The notes: generated by a model not told the origin, from the sequence alone. A stretch of 64,000 nucleotides of DNA from Lytechinus pictus (GCF_037042905.1 NC_087250.1:9116001-9180000), one strand, 5' to 3'; positions 13,221 through 26,236 are shown, numbered from the stretch's first letter. Program-made: numbers and translations.

Positions 13221-14003
13221 AGGAGAATGAAACTCTTGAAACCAGCTGAATCCATATCAAAGAGAAAAATCAAAGAAACATATTGTTGAAAGTTTGAGGA
13301 AGATTGAACGAATAATAAGAAAGTTATGAGCATTTGAAAATTGAGATCACTAATGCCATGTAGATCCTCCCATTGGCAATGCAACCAAGATCTGTGATGT
13401 CACACACGTACAACTGTCCCTCATTACTTTAGTACTTATTTCACTTATATTCTCACTTTTATAGAGTCTATCACAAGGTGAGGTGTTCTCTTTATGAGAG
13501 GACAAGTACAGAGGTTTCACAACATTATATCAATGATGAATCGTTTGTCATATGATTAGAATGAGCAAAAAGAGATGTTTTGGGGTACATTTTCAGTGTC
13601 CAAAAGGGGAGAGTTGTCCAGTTTTGGACACTGAAAATATACCCAAAACATCTCTTTTTGCTCATTCTAATCATATGACAAACGATTCATCAATGATATA
13701 ATGTTGTGAAACCTCTGTACTTGTCCTATCATAAAGAGACTCTTTATCATAAAGATAGACTCTATAAAAGTGAGAATATAAGTGAAATAAGTACTAAAGT
13801 AATGAGGGAGTTGTACGTGTGTGACATCACAGATCTTGGTCGCATTGCCAATGGGAGGATATACATGGCATTAGTGATCTCAATATTCAAATGCTCATAA
13901 CTTTCTTATTATTCATTCAATCTTCCTCAAACTTTCAACAATATGTTTATTTGATTTTTCTCTTTTATATGGATTCAGATGGTTTCAAGGGTTTCATTCT
14001 CCT
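13221..14003. mobile_element. Fully palindromic TTAA MITE made of two copies of one end of the adjacent family
   Basis: About 380-bp arms are reverse complements around a ~16-nt spacer near 13606-13621; TTAA on both sides. Confidence 0.9.
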
Positions 14004-14051
14004 TTAAAGAAGACACCCTTTTCCCCTTTTTAAACAGACCTGTTCTCTTAA

Positions 14052-14628
14052 AGGAGAATGAAACTCTTGGAGCAAGTTAGCTTTTGTGAAAGCAGAAAAA
14101 TCAAAGAATAAGATCAACAAAAGTTTGAGTAAAATAGGACTAGCAATAGAAGAGTTATGAGCATTTGAATGTCGAGATCACTACTGCTATGGAGATCCTC
14201 CTATTGGCAATGCGACCAATATCTATGATGTCACAGATGAACAACTCTCCCCTTTTGGACACTGAAAATATACCCCAAAACATCTCTTTTTGTTCATTCT
14301 AATCATATGACAAACGATTCATCAATGATATAATGTTGTGAAACCTCTGTACTTGTCCTCTCATAAAGAGAACACCGTAACCTTGTGATAGACTTAATAA
14401 AAGTGAGAATATAAGTGATATAAGTACTAAAGTAATGAGGGAGTTGTACGTGTGTGACATCACAGATCTCGGTCGCATTGCCAATGGAAGGATCTACATG
14501 GCATTAAATATTCAAATGCTCATAACTTTCTTATTATTCATTCAATCTTCCTCAAACTTTCAACAATATGTTTCTTTGATTTTTCTCTTTGATATGGATT
14601 CAGCTGGTTTCAAGGGTTTCATTCTCCT
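14052..14628. mobile_element. TTAA-flanked Kolobok-like MITE (AGGAGAATGAAAC family)
   Basis: TTAA|AGGAGAATGAAAC ... GTTTCATTCTCCT|TTAA; related fragments at about 24700-24955 and 43120-43590. Confidence 0.88.
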
Positions 14629-15641
14629 TTAAATTGCAGAAAAATTCCTGTTTTTCATAATGAGTTTACAGTATGATTCTGTTATTGCTTTTTGCAAAAT
14701 CTTCTCTTTTTTCTGTACAATCAGGGTTTTTTAACAGTATGGGATGGACCTGACATTAATTAAGCCCTCATGGGATTATACATTATACATTGATTCAACA
14801 GTCATCATCCATCAATAGGCCTACCTGCCAAGTTCCAACCCTAATCAGGGCGTCGTCTTACAAAGAACTGCAATTGATCTGATCAATCTCAACTATGGAA
14901 AGCCAACAACGTCCACATCTAAAATGCATGTTCCTTCAAAATGATTTCTAGGTGTGACGTAGGCCTATATGTACGTTCATTTTAATTGTTCTCTAGTCTT
15001 GACAATTTGGTGTATTTGCCTTCTTTTTTTTACAAAGGACATTTTGCCAATTTCATGGAGAAAACAATTATGACACGGTTGGATTTCCAGAGAGTTATGA
15101 TCGAATGGATCAATCGACAATCATAACTATATTTTGGTAAGACGGGGCCTGGTATCTGACGGACAAGAAGTACTAGTAGAAAGTAAATTACTGCTAAAAG
15201 AATTTCCAGAATATATGAACAATCATAACTTTTTCTTTAATGCTATCTGACTGTATAAAATTGGTGACAGATTCAATAGGGACACACGAATTAAAATGCA
15301 AATTTTCCTTTCCACAAAATAGGAATGGTCTAGTTGGAAGCCCGTATACCTGGGAAAAATAGCGGTGACACGCCATTTGCTCCTGCAACAATTGCTCCGG
15401 GATTAATATCGTCTAAGATCATGAAGATGTAGGGTTAGGGTTACACCCAGGGTTGAAGTTGGCCATTCCATAAGTGTGTGGAATTCCTTAAAGCGGAGCA
15501 ATCGTCGCCAGAGCAAATATCATATGGAACCCAAATAGCATCGCTCCAGCTCCAGCAAGCCCGGCCCAGTCAAAGTCTATTATCAATATCATCCAGTCAT
15601 ATTAAATATAAATTATGCCATCTATTTGCCAACATACATGT

Positions 15642-16130
15642 ATCATCATCATCATCATGATGATCATCATCATCATTATCATCATGTTACGAGGTGAGGT
15701 AATCCTGTTGACCTCGATCTATTCATCTGAAATTACAGTCCTCCATATCAATTCTATTTTCCACATATTGAGTAAAAACATGCAAGTATAAAAAGTTACA
15801 ATATATTACATAAATAAGACATAGAAGATCAAAATGTGGAGGGGATTGACAAAGGCCATATTGATCTATCAATCCCCAGTGAAAGAAAAAAAAGTGGAAT
15901 ACATAAATTACAAATGAAAAAAAAAGACAAAACTCCAGACAAAGCAAAAGAAAGTAAAAGGCGAATAAAGGGGAGGGAGAGGCAAATATAAAACTACCTT
16001 AAGGAGTAAGAAGGGAAAATTTATATTTTCGTTTGAAAGACAGGAGTGTGGGGGAATGTTTGAGTTCATTCGATTAAAAAATTCCAAAGTTTGGGTCCGA
16101 CATATTGAATAGTGTTTCGTGAAAATGTGT
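15642..16130 (-). mobile_element. 3'-end fragment of a CR1-group LINE
   Basis: Minus-strand translation gives TIQYVGPKLWNFL...LLSFKRKYK, matching the ORF2 C-terminus of the LINE at 2898 (SFAYVGPKLFNAL); (ATG)n tail at about 15642-15685. Confidence 0.7.
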
Positions 16131-16635
16131 ATTTGAAATTTGGAATAAAGATATCATATCCATACAATGTGTCATTATACAAGAACAAAAACTTTTACAC
16201 GTGGAGGGTAGAGACGGTTTTGAAAAAAAAAGTAGTTAGATGCCACAAAGTGGCATTGCCTTAAAAACCATTTGTGTGTTGTCACCTGAAGGTGAATTCC
16301 GTCCTCATCAAGGGGAGCGCCAACCTTCTCTCCTTTCATATACAACACAATTACCATTTAGATTCAAACAAACATATGGGCATGAAAGGTATCAGCGATT
16401 CAACCCACATCAGTCAATTATAACAAAATATAATTTAGGTGGTATTGGAGCAGCTATCTTACCTGATAAACTTGAGCTTTTCCGATGGGCGGAGTGAAAA
16501 AAGTCAGAGTACTCTGCAATGAGCTGTATGCTTCACCAGTGTGTGTCGGAAGAGTGCAGAGAACAGTCTGATTCCCTGATATCTAATGCAGGGTTTATTA
16601 TCGTGTTGGAATGTCGGGTTGGGATGGAAAGTGAT

Positions 16636-17716
16636 CAGTCAGTCCGCAAGCCCTGAAAAAGTAGCTTCTTTTATCCAAGTGATATTCATGACAAGAGGGT
16701 TTTTGCATAGTTAATGAGCTTGGTGCGAACCAAAACACCTCTTTTTATTCGGCCATTGCTGCTCTAAATATTGACCAAATTTCATGTTTTTGGTATCTTT
16801 GTAAAGAAGAAGAATTATTCTTTTAGGTCATGTGTTTGGATTCTTAAAAGAATGTTGTAATATAGGAAAAACTTTTGATCTAAAACATGAAACAAAATAT
16901 TTTTTTTCATGCAACAAAAGTTGTTGTTTTCACACTTAATTTCTGTTTAGGCACAAATGATTTTTAAATCATGATAAAGCTGAAGATCTAAGCTTTAATA
17001 TGATATAATTTTATAAGAAGATGTATTTTAGATGGGTCAGCAGCCAGCTTTTCATAGGCCAAGTACATTTTGCAGCTAAAAAACAAGAATACTGCGCTCT
17101 GATTGGTCATAGACCACACACCCACGCAAATTCCAATGTTCCCCACACTGGGCCTCTGCAAGGTCACACTCACCATGTGGTAATCTCTTCGAATTACCCG
17201 CGCCTGTTTGTTTTGAAAACAGTATTCAGCCAATCAGAACTCTGGATTTTATGTTACTCAGAAATTTCAGAAATCTCGTCTTGCATCTTGATGGATATAA
17301 CTGGCTGCTGACCCATCTAAAAGATGCCACATATCAAGAGTGACATTGTAAGAAAGTATAGAGTTTGAGCTTTCTGATGATATAAATAATGTTGGTGCCT
17401 AAAACACAAAATGTTGCACAATTTGCAAGTGAAAACAGGGGAAGAAAATTCTGTTTGATGCATCTTTTCAGGTAAAAAATTCACTTATTTATCAAAATAT
17501 TTCATTCAAAAGAAATGACCAATATAAAAGGGTAACATTTACTCTTGCCCATGGTACAAAAATAATCAATATTACTCAAGGAGAAAGTGGTTAAATTCTT
17601 TGAGAAAGAAAGTCTCACAATTCACGAGATTTTGCAGGGACATGAATTCAGCCACGAGAGGACTTGGATAAATCTTGCTCATTTGCTCATTAACACAGGG
17701 GCTTGCGGACTGACTG
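16636..17716. mobile_element. Non-autonomous DNA transposon, 4-bp TSD TGAT, with nested TIR element 17031-17317
   Basis: TIR CAGTCAGTCCGCAAGCCCTG / CAGGGGCTTGCGGACTGACTG; TGAT at 16632-16635 and 17717-17720; inner TIR GATGGGTCAGCAGCCAG flanked by TA. Confidence 0.82.
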
Positions 17717-19938
17717 TGATCAAGGCCAGACTTCCAGAAACAAATCACGAACCTAAGCTAGTCTCGGTATCGAGACTAGTCTCGGTATCGAGACCCTTTT
17801 CGGTAAGGGTGATCATACAAGCGGTCTACACATAACATTTGTTTTCTTGGCTAATCAAGTATTTATTAGACTAAAATTTTGGACACTCTACGTATTCGTC
17901 AGGAGTAGCTAGATTACAATTTACTCCTAAAACACATTATCTTTCGGAATTTAACTATTTTCCTGTCACTGAAGCCGATACGTGTAACTGTAAGATATAA
18001 ATAATATATATATATATATATATATATTGTCATAGACGTTTACTATCGATATATATATGTATATATTTGGATTATGACTTCTCCTTCGGCGAGATCGTTG
18101 ATTTTCTTAAAGTTTTAGGAGTATTTTTCACCCTAGATGAACAACATAAGAAAGAAGATCTAAATTACAAAGAAATCTTAAGCAAAATTAAAACACTCTT
18201 GAACTTTTGGAAGCTAAGGAATATAACGCTTATGGGGAAGATTCAACTATTAAAGGTGCATATCTAATCTAAAGTCCTCTATCGAGCGTCTCTTACTCCT
18301 GTTCCTAAGTTGGTTTACGAATCATTGGATGAATTAACTTTTGATTTCTTATGGAAAGGTAAGAAAGACAAAATTAATAGGAATACAATGTTTTTAGACT
18401 ATAAGCAAGGAGAATTAAATATGGTAAACTTCCCTGTGCAGGTAAAGGCACAGCGAATAATGTGGATTAAAATACTTTTAAATAAAGATGAAGATATTAG
18501 TAGACCGGCCAAAAGTCAAAAAGTGCTCTAGATAAGGATTCGACGGCAAAATTTGTTAATGCTTGGCATCTGAGCTAAAAGTCTTGCAAAAATACCCAGG
18601 AACAGCGTACGGCCGGATGCCAAGCGCAATTTTGCGTGAAAGTGTCATTTTTAGCGTAAAAACTGAAAGAATGTCGAAAATCACGCATTTTGATATTTTG
18701 ACGGATTATCATCATATTTTTGATTATCTTTGATATAAAAATATTTTTATTCAGAGTTTCAAATTATTTCAAGTCTCATAAATATGCATTTCAAATTTGA
18801 ATATTACACACACACATATGGCACAGGGAAACATAAAACCGCGATTTCCTCAAAATAAAAGTTTGCGAAAACTATCAATAGTTTGAAGTTTTATTACGCA
18901 GCTTAAATTCTTCGATTTAAGTGCGTTTCTCAATCGAATGTATAGTAAATGTCCTAATGTCACAAATATTAAAAGAATTTTCAAGTAAGATGGAAGATAT
19001 CTCACTTTATGTTATCCGAAAGGAGACAATGTGCATTTTCCCAGGTGCGCATTTTGAAAGAAAAATTTAAAATACCGTACATTATGTACATAATTACATG
19101 TATAAGTACATACTAAAGCGAGTTTTTAATTACATGTATAAGTGCATTCTAAAGCGAGTTTTTAATTGGATAGCACAATTTGTCAATTCTTTGCATCCCA
19201 GCTAAAAGTCTTGAGTAAATCCTGAGGAATAACGTACGGGCGGATGCCAAGTGCACTTTTGCGTGAAAGTATCATTTTTTTTGCGTAAAATTTGAAAGAC
19301 TGTTGAAAATCACGCATTTTGATATTTTGATGGATTATCATCATATTTCTGGTTATCTTTGATATGTAATTATTTTTATTCAGAGTTTTTAATTATAAGT
19401 CTAGTAAATATGCATTTCAATTTGGAATATTACACACACATATATGGCAATATGAAATAAAAATCGTGATTTACTAAAAATAATAGTTTGTGAAAACTAT
19501 CAATAATAACGTTTGTGTTCCGCATCTCAATTTCGTCAATTTTAGCGCTAACCGAATCAATACATAATAATTGTTGTCATGGCACATATAGTGAAAACAA
19601 ATGTTGAAATATGATGCAAGATATATCATTTCATGTTATATATGCGAAAGATAACAATGTACATTTATCGGATGCGCATTTCTGATAAAATACAAACAGC
19701 GCACAATATTACATCTATACTGCACATACTAATATTAATCAGTGCGATACTCGTCATGATATTATATAGGATTGTGTTTACTTTTGTAGAGTTCGATCTT
19801 CTTGCTATTTCCGCGAATTAATTGGTGCTGAACGTAAATCTACCTGTGGCGTTATTCATAAAAAGGTCTGATATTTAATTTGCCGTTACCATGGTAACAT
19901 TAATTTTGTAGGAATATCTATATCCAAAATCATTGAAA

Positions 19939-20165
19939 CAGTAGCGTACCTATAATTTTCCACAGGGGGGGGGGGGCAAAACCGTCGGCCAACAAATTTG
20001 ACAAGCAAAAAAAAAGGTCTTCAAGCTCGTCAGGGGGGGGGGGCAAAAAAGGTTTTCAAGCTCATCGGGGGGGGGGGCATGGATACGTCTTTTGCATGGG
20101 TTGGGACTCGTCAGCAGGGGGGCAGTCTGCCCCCTCTGCCCCCCCCCCCCGTAGGTACGCTAGTG
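19939..20165. mobile_element. hAT-like MITE (same family as 6336-6522)
   Basis: CAGTAGCGTACC...GTACGCTAGTG; TSD CATTGAAA/CATAGAAA (7 of 8 match). Confidence 0.8.
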
Positions 20166-20282
20166 CATAGAAAATATACATGTACGAATAAAACGATCGA
20201 ATTAGCAGTCAATCTACATTTTACTTCAATTATTGAATTATCAAAGTCTACAAAAATATTGCCGTTGCCACGGCAATACCTA

Positions 20283-20760
20283 TTTTTTGTCTCGCCTGCA
20301 TGCATAGCAGAGCAGGACTAAAGGAGCCACTTTTCCGGCGGAGGCGACGGTAGTTTTGATATAACAGCGTCATATCAACCTTGAAATCTTAACCAAGGTT
20401 ACCTTTTCGAAATTTCGTTATAACTTTGAACGTATAATAGAAAAAAATTAATGACACTTATAACAGTATTCAGGTATTACTGATCGTCTTGCACAAGTTT
20501 TAGATCACATGATTAAGGTCAAAGGTCATTTAGAGTCACTGAATTTTGGCCATATGGGGGTATTTTTTCTTAATGTCATCATAACTTTTGAATTTTATTG
20601 ATCCAGTTCACGATTAAACTTGAATATAAGGGTATTAAAGTATCATCGATCATTTTGCACAAATTTCAGTTCAAATGGTCAAGGTTATACGTCATTTAGG
20701 TTCGATGAGCTTATTATTTTATTATCACATGAATGGCGCTTTTGTGAATAATTATTAGTT
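20283..20760 (+). mobile_element. Possible Helentron/HINE-like element fragment
   Basis: Begins in a T-run with TGTCTCGCCTGC...GCAGGAC subterminal hairpin, then degenerate ~160-bp repeats containing AAGGTCAAAGGTCA; resemblance only. Confidence 0.4.
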
Positions 20761-20917
20761 TCAGTTGTTTCCAATGTTCTGCTGCTACAATTATTATGTG
20801 AAAATATGAATAATAAATGTTATTTGGTCTTTTGCATTGCAAGTTATAATTTTCATTCAATTCATTTTGCTTCATTACAGTTTTCGCGTTTGCTATTATC
20901 ATAGGTCCATGCTGTTA

Positions 20918-21165
20918 TACAGTGCGTCCCAGAAAAAACGAAACCGAGATTTAGCGATGATTTATCATAACTTAATCACAAATACAATAGACAAATGACC
21001 TACCAATGTAAAGCTTAGAATCTCCTCTTTCATCTGATATGACTTATATTATTCCCCATTCACGCATGAGTGAGCAAAAACAATTTGAAGAGGGGATACC
21101 AAAAAGTCATTTGGCGGGCTGTATCTGGGTTTCAAAAAGAAAACCACATTTCTAAAAAGTTCAAT
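20918..21165 (+). mobile_element. Tc1/mariner-like MITE end (second copy at about 42220-42450)
   Basis: TA|CAGTGCGTCCCAGAAAAAACGAAAC start; clear homology between the two copies; both truncated. Confidence 0.6.
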
Positions 21166-24100
21166 ATCTTAGCAAATGAGGTAAAACAAAAATCGTCAAA
21201 TCATGAACAATGATCAGTATTTAATTATAGCATTTGATGCGAGCGCGAAGCGTGAACTGAAAATGTCGAATTAAACGAAGGATTTTAAACATATTTTTAA
21301 TGTCGAAAAAGATGAATATCTTACTTAACAAAAACGTTAGAGCAAAAGCGCGAGCTAAAATTGGGAGAGAGAGAGAGAGCTAAAGATTTGACATACAGTA
21401 TTCAAATTTATTTAATAATGGACTGGATGCGACTGGATTCTGAGAAGTTGACACTTCAAGCAAGGTTTTTTTTAAACAGATAGCAAGTTGTTTATCTCAT
21501 ATATTAATGCCAGCGCGAAGCTCGAGTCGAAAATGTATTTGCCATCTTTTTGTAATCCCGTGTAGGGTGCCTATCTCGCGAATCGCGAGCAGAATACTTT
21601 GGGTATATTACAGCGGCGTACCCAGGATTTTCCAAAGGGGGCAGGGCAATTTTTTTGGAGGATATTTCGTCCGCGAAAAAAAATTACAAGCAAAAAAAAA
21701 AAGGTTTTCAACAACAAATAAAGGAATTTGTACCAGAAAAAAAAAATCGTCAGGGGGGGGGGGGCAGGGGTACGTCCCCTGCATGAGTTGTGACTCGTCG
21801 GGGGGGGGGGGGCAGTCTGCTTTACGCTATATTATCTTGAAAACGGGATACTTTCAGCTCCATCCTTTCAGACACTACACATGACCTTAGGCAGCGGGGG
21901 GGGGGGGGGGCAGAGGCAGTTGCGGCCAGAAATTTTGTAACTCGTTTTAAGTATGTACTTATTCATGTAATTATGTTAATAATTTACAGTATCTTCAATT
22001 TTACATTCAAAATGTCCCCCCCCCCTCCCCGCTAAATTTTGCATGCCCCCTTTCGGAAAATATTTCTTCCATCTTACTTGAAAATTCTTTTAATATTTGT
22101 GACATTAGAAACGATCGATATTCAATAGATGAACCAATTTAAATCGAAGAATTTAAGTTGTAAAAAAACTTAGAACTATTGATAGTGTTCACAAACTTCT
22201 ATTTTTAGTAAATCACGATTTTTTAATGTCATATTGTCATATATGTGTGTGTAATATTCCAAATTGAAATGCATATTTAGTAGACTTATAATTTGAAACT
22301 CTGAATAAAAATAATTCCAAATCAAAGATAATCAAAAGTATGATGTTAATCCGTCAAAATTTCAAAATGCGTGATTTTCGACAGTCTTTCAGATTTCACG
22401 CTAAAAATGATACTTTCACGCAAAAGTGCACTTGGCATCCGCCCGTACGTTATTCCTCAGTATTTCCGCAAGAATTTGAGCTGGGATGCAAAGAATTGAC
22501 AAATTGTGCTATTCAATTGAAAACTCGCTTTAGTGTGTACATATACATGTAATTGAAAACTCGCTTTAGTATGTACTTATACATGTAATTATGTACATAA
22601 TGTACGGTATTTTCAATTTTTTCTTTCAAAATGCGCACCTGGGAAAATGCACATTGTCTCCTTTCGGATAACATAAAGTGAGATATCTTCCATCTTACTT
22701 GAAAATTCTTTTAATATTTGTGGCATTAGGACATTTACTATACATTCGATTGAGAAACGCATTTAAATCGAAGAATTTAAGTTGCGTAAAAAACTTTAAA
22801 CTATTGATAGTTTTCACAAACTTTTATTTTGAGGAAATCGCGGTTTTATGTTTCCCTGTGCCATATGTGTGTGTGTAATATTCAAATTTGAAATGCATAT
22901 TTATGAGACTTATAATTTGAAACTCTAAATAAAAATAATTGCATATCAAAGATAATCAAAAATAATAAAATAATCCGTCAAAATATCAAAATGCGTGATT
23001 TTCGACATTCTTTCAGATTTTACGCTAAAAATGACACTTTCACGCAAAATTGCGCTTGGCATCCGGCCGTACGCTATTCCTGGGTATTTTTGCAAGACTA
23101 TTAGCTGGGATGCCAAGCATTAGCAAGCATTAACAAATCTTGCCGTCCAAAGTATAAAAAATCGTTTTGGCCGGTCTACTATATGAAATGGAAACAGTAC
23201 TTTAATTTCTCTAAATGGGAAAACTTAATTATTAGACCATTTATTGGAGCCCAGAGCCAGCTCTCCACCGGATAGGGGATGGAGGTGTTTTAGGGAGGGT
23301 CGGGGGGAGGGGGTAGGGTCCAGGGCTGAGTTTGTTGTTGAGATTGATTTTATTTGAGTGAAGAGGCCGAGGCAATGGGTTAAAAAAAAATATGCTGATG
23401 GCTTCAATTCGCTAGGTTCTATTAATGATTTATTTTTGTGTATTTGACACTGAAAAATAATTCAATATGTTGAATTTATTTGTAGAAGTTTATTCTTAAT
23501 GCATATTATTACTATCAATGTTATTTATAATTATGTTTTAGAAGATGTCTGACATGATTGTGTTTTATTGTAACATTCAAGAAAAAAAATGATGTTAAAT
23601 TTATAAGTTGTCAAGGTATTTATCAATTTGTAAAGACATCAAACTTCTATTTGTTATCTATATTTTATTTTGTATATGAATTGAAGTTGTCAATAAAAAA
23701 CTACTTAATACAAAAAAAAATATCGAAAATCAACGTATGTCTATGACTCTATGCTAATACAACAGATTTCGTTATTAAATTACTTAGTGGAGCAATTAAC
23801 GAACACGCACACACGCTCACCCTCGCACCATCATTATCCCACACACTCATCACTAAAATCTCACATGTATCTTGAGCACGTATGATCTGTTGGATATCGG
23901 AAGAACTAGTTCAGATGCGGGGTTCGATTCCCACTTGTTTATAGTTCAAAGTTTTTATTGATTTATTTCCCCGGGTTTATTTCCTACACAAGCATTTATA
24001 CATGGTACATGTATTAAAATATATAACAGATTGTCAATATAGAAAACAAAAACATGAAGTGATCGATTGCATAATTTCGTGTCATTACATTCCAGAAAAA

Positions 24101-24224
24101 AAAGTTCCACAAAACTGACACTTAGAAAGAAAACTGCCTAAATCAACAGGAATTAGGAGAGGTTAAGATGAACTTAGTTTTATACAAAGAGAAAATGTGA
24201 TGAGATAGCAAAGTGAAATAGATA

Positions 24225-24360
24225 GACTATAAATACATAGATAGATAGATAGAAGAAAGAAAGAAAGCTAGATAAAAAGCTAGCTAGCTAGATGGATGGA
24301 TGGATAGATAGATATATATATATATATAGATATATAGATAGGGAGAGAGATGCAGAGAGA
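24225..24360. repeat. Compound (TAGA/AAAG/TAGC/TGGA/TA)n microsatellite
   Basis: Directly visible. Confidence 0.9.
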
Positions 24361-25188
24361 ATTGGGAGGGATACAAATAATTGCATAAAAATGAGTTTTT
24401 AAGAGGATCAACACCATTCTAAAGATATAAAACAGATATACAACAAAATAACGGGTGGTTCATTGTATCACATTCGTGATATTTCTTTAGCCAAAACAGC
24501 CAAATATTTTTTTAAATTTCAACACGAATGTTCGGTTGACAGAGCGAGTAGTATCGATGGGGGGGGGGGGCGTTCTCAAACTTTGGACCAGTCAGAGCAA
24601 AGGGATTACTCGTGGCATATGAAGAATGGTTTCTTGCATTATTTAATTGTCTCGTGATAGGAGGACCATGGTGACTGTTCTTTCTAAATTTTTGAAGTGA
24701 TGCACCATAAGAATGAGCAAAAAGGAAGATTTTTGAAGTATTTTATAGTCCATCAAAGGGAAAGTTGTTCACATGTGACATCACACATATCTGTTGCCAA
24801 TTGGAGGATCTCCGCAGCATTAGTGATTGCAATATTCAAATGCTCATAACTTTTTGATTGTTTGTCCAACTTTTCTCAAACTTTCTTTGATCTTATTCTT
24901 TGATTTTGCTTTTTCCACACAAGCCCACTTGTTTCAAGGGTTTCATTCCCCTGTAATATTGAGAATATCATTTAAATAGAAAACTATGATTTACACTGGT
25001 GCTCATTTATTCAATTCTTTGGATGAGTCTATAAAGCACTCAATACTTTCAAACGCAAACTCAAACTAACCAAATTAATCGTTACAATACTGAGATGAGT
25101 ACGAGTATGACCATCAACGAGTAAGGACGTGCCGCGTACCCTCTCCCGAGCTGTTTTAATCTACATAGGTATATGTCGGGCATTCAGC

Positions 25189-26236
25189 ATGAGCAAACAC
25201 GCATCAACGAGACAATCCGGAGCTAAGCGGCCTAGGGCGTCGGCTACCCCGTCTACCCCGTCCAGCCCTGATGCCAACTTGGGCGTGTCATCGGAAATGA
25301 AATCATATCTAGATGACTATTTTGGGAAAATTAATGAACGGTTGTCATCGTTGGAACGCCAAATTACTGTACAGAATACAAGACTTGAACATAGAATGGA
25401 GGAATTGGTTGCATCGCTAAATTTTCAAGCAAAAGAAATTGATGATTTGAAAACGAAACTGAGGAAAGTACAAGAGGAAAGTGATATGAAGGGGAAAAAA
25501 ACTTGAAGCTGAAATTGATAGACTTTCCGCCTACATATCGCGAGAGAACCTCGTCTTTTTGGGAATCCCAGAAAGTGGAGAGGGTGATGAGAATACGAAG
25601 GAAACTTTGAATAGATTTCTCGTCGAGAAATTGAAGTTGAGACAAGATTTTGTTTAACAAATTGAATATCAACGAGTTCATCGGGTGCAAGCTATACACA
25701 GACCACGCCCCATCAAAGCACGGTTCCTTAGATTTGCAGACAAGTTGACAATTGACAAGAATGCTAAATTGTTGAAGGGGAGTAAGATGTACATTGCACA
25801 AGATCTGCCCAAACGAATTCGAGAAGAAAGGAAAGCGCAGGCACCGGCCTTGAAAGCGGCACGGAACGCTGGGAAGCTTGCTTATTTCTCACGGGCGGAG
25901 CCGACTAAACTCTTCGTCGCTGGAAAATGGATCCCACGGGAGGACCAAGAGGAGCTCATCGGAATATGGGGGAAACAGAGTGGAGCAGGAATGAATAACG
26001 CCTCCCTGCAGATACATCGGGATCAGGCAGGAGTTAGGATGGAGCGGAATGGAGGAATACAACGAGGAAAAGCAGGTGACAGTGCATCGTTTACAGCGAG
26101 GAAGATATGGGCAAGGAGAGACGAGGGTCCGACCGAAAACGGCATCGAAGCAATGGAAAGCATCGGCGCTGAAGCAACGCAACATGAGGGATATCTCGCA
26201 GGAGCAGTAGGAGGAGAAAACGTCAAAGAATCGTAA
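25189..26236 (+). pseudogene. L1-type ORF1p (RNA-binding, Transposase_22-like), disrupted
   Basis: Heptad-rich region then RENLVFLGIPE...IEYQRVHR...PRPIKARFLRF...MYIAQDLPKRIREERK motifs; frameshift in A-run ~25495-25501 and premature TAA at 25655. Confidence 0.88.

Larger units (their letters stand above)
18498..23181. mobile_element. 4.7-kb foldback non-autonomous DNA transposon, Academ-like (TAG...CTA termini, 3-bp TSD TAT)
   Basis: TAGTAGACCGGCCAAAA / TTTTGGCCGGTCTACTA; TAT at 18495-18497 and 23182-23184; ~1.1-kb inverted arms; superfamily assignment is inference from termini and TSD. Confidence 0.85.
18067..23720 (+). mobile_element. 5'-truncated L1/Tx1-clade fragment split by a foldback element
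   Basis: 18067-18497 encodes LGVFFT...LLNFWKLRNITLMGKIQLLK...FLWKGKKDKINRNT...QRIMWIK, homologous to ORF2 at ~32880-33280; frame resumes at 23183 (MKWKQYF); 3' UTR ends AATAAA...poly(A) at about 23692-23720. Confidence 0.85.

Noticed and set aside
24421..24432. AAAGATATAAAA as the 5' TSD of the full-length L1 (matches about 34960-34971)
   Set aside because: Low-complexity A-rich match about 700 bp upstream of the likely 5' end with unrelated repeats in between; not supportable
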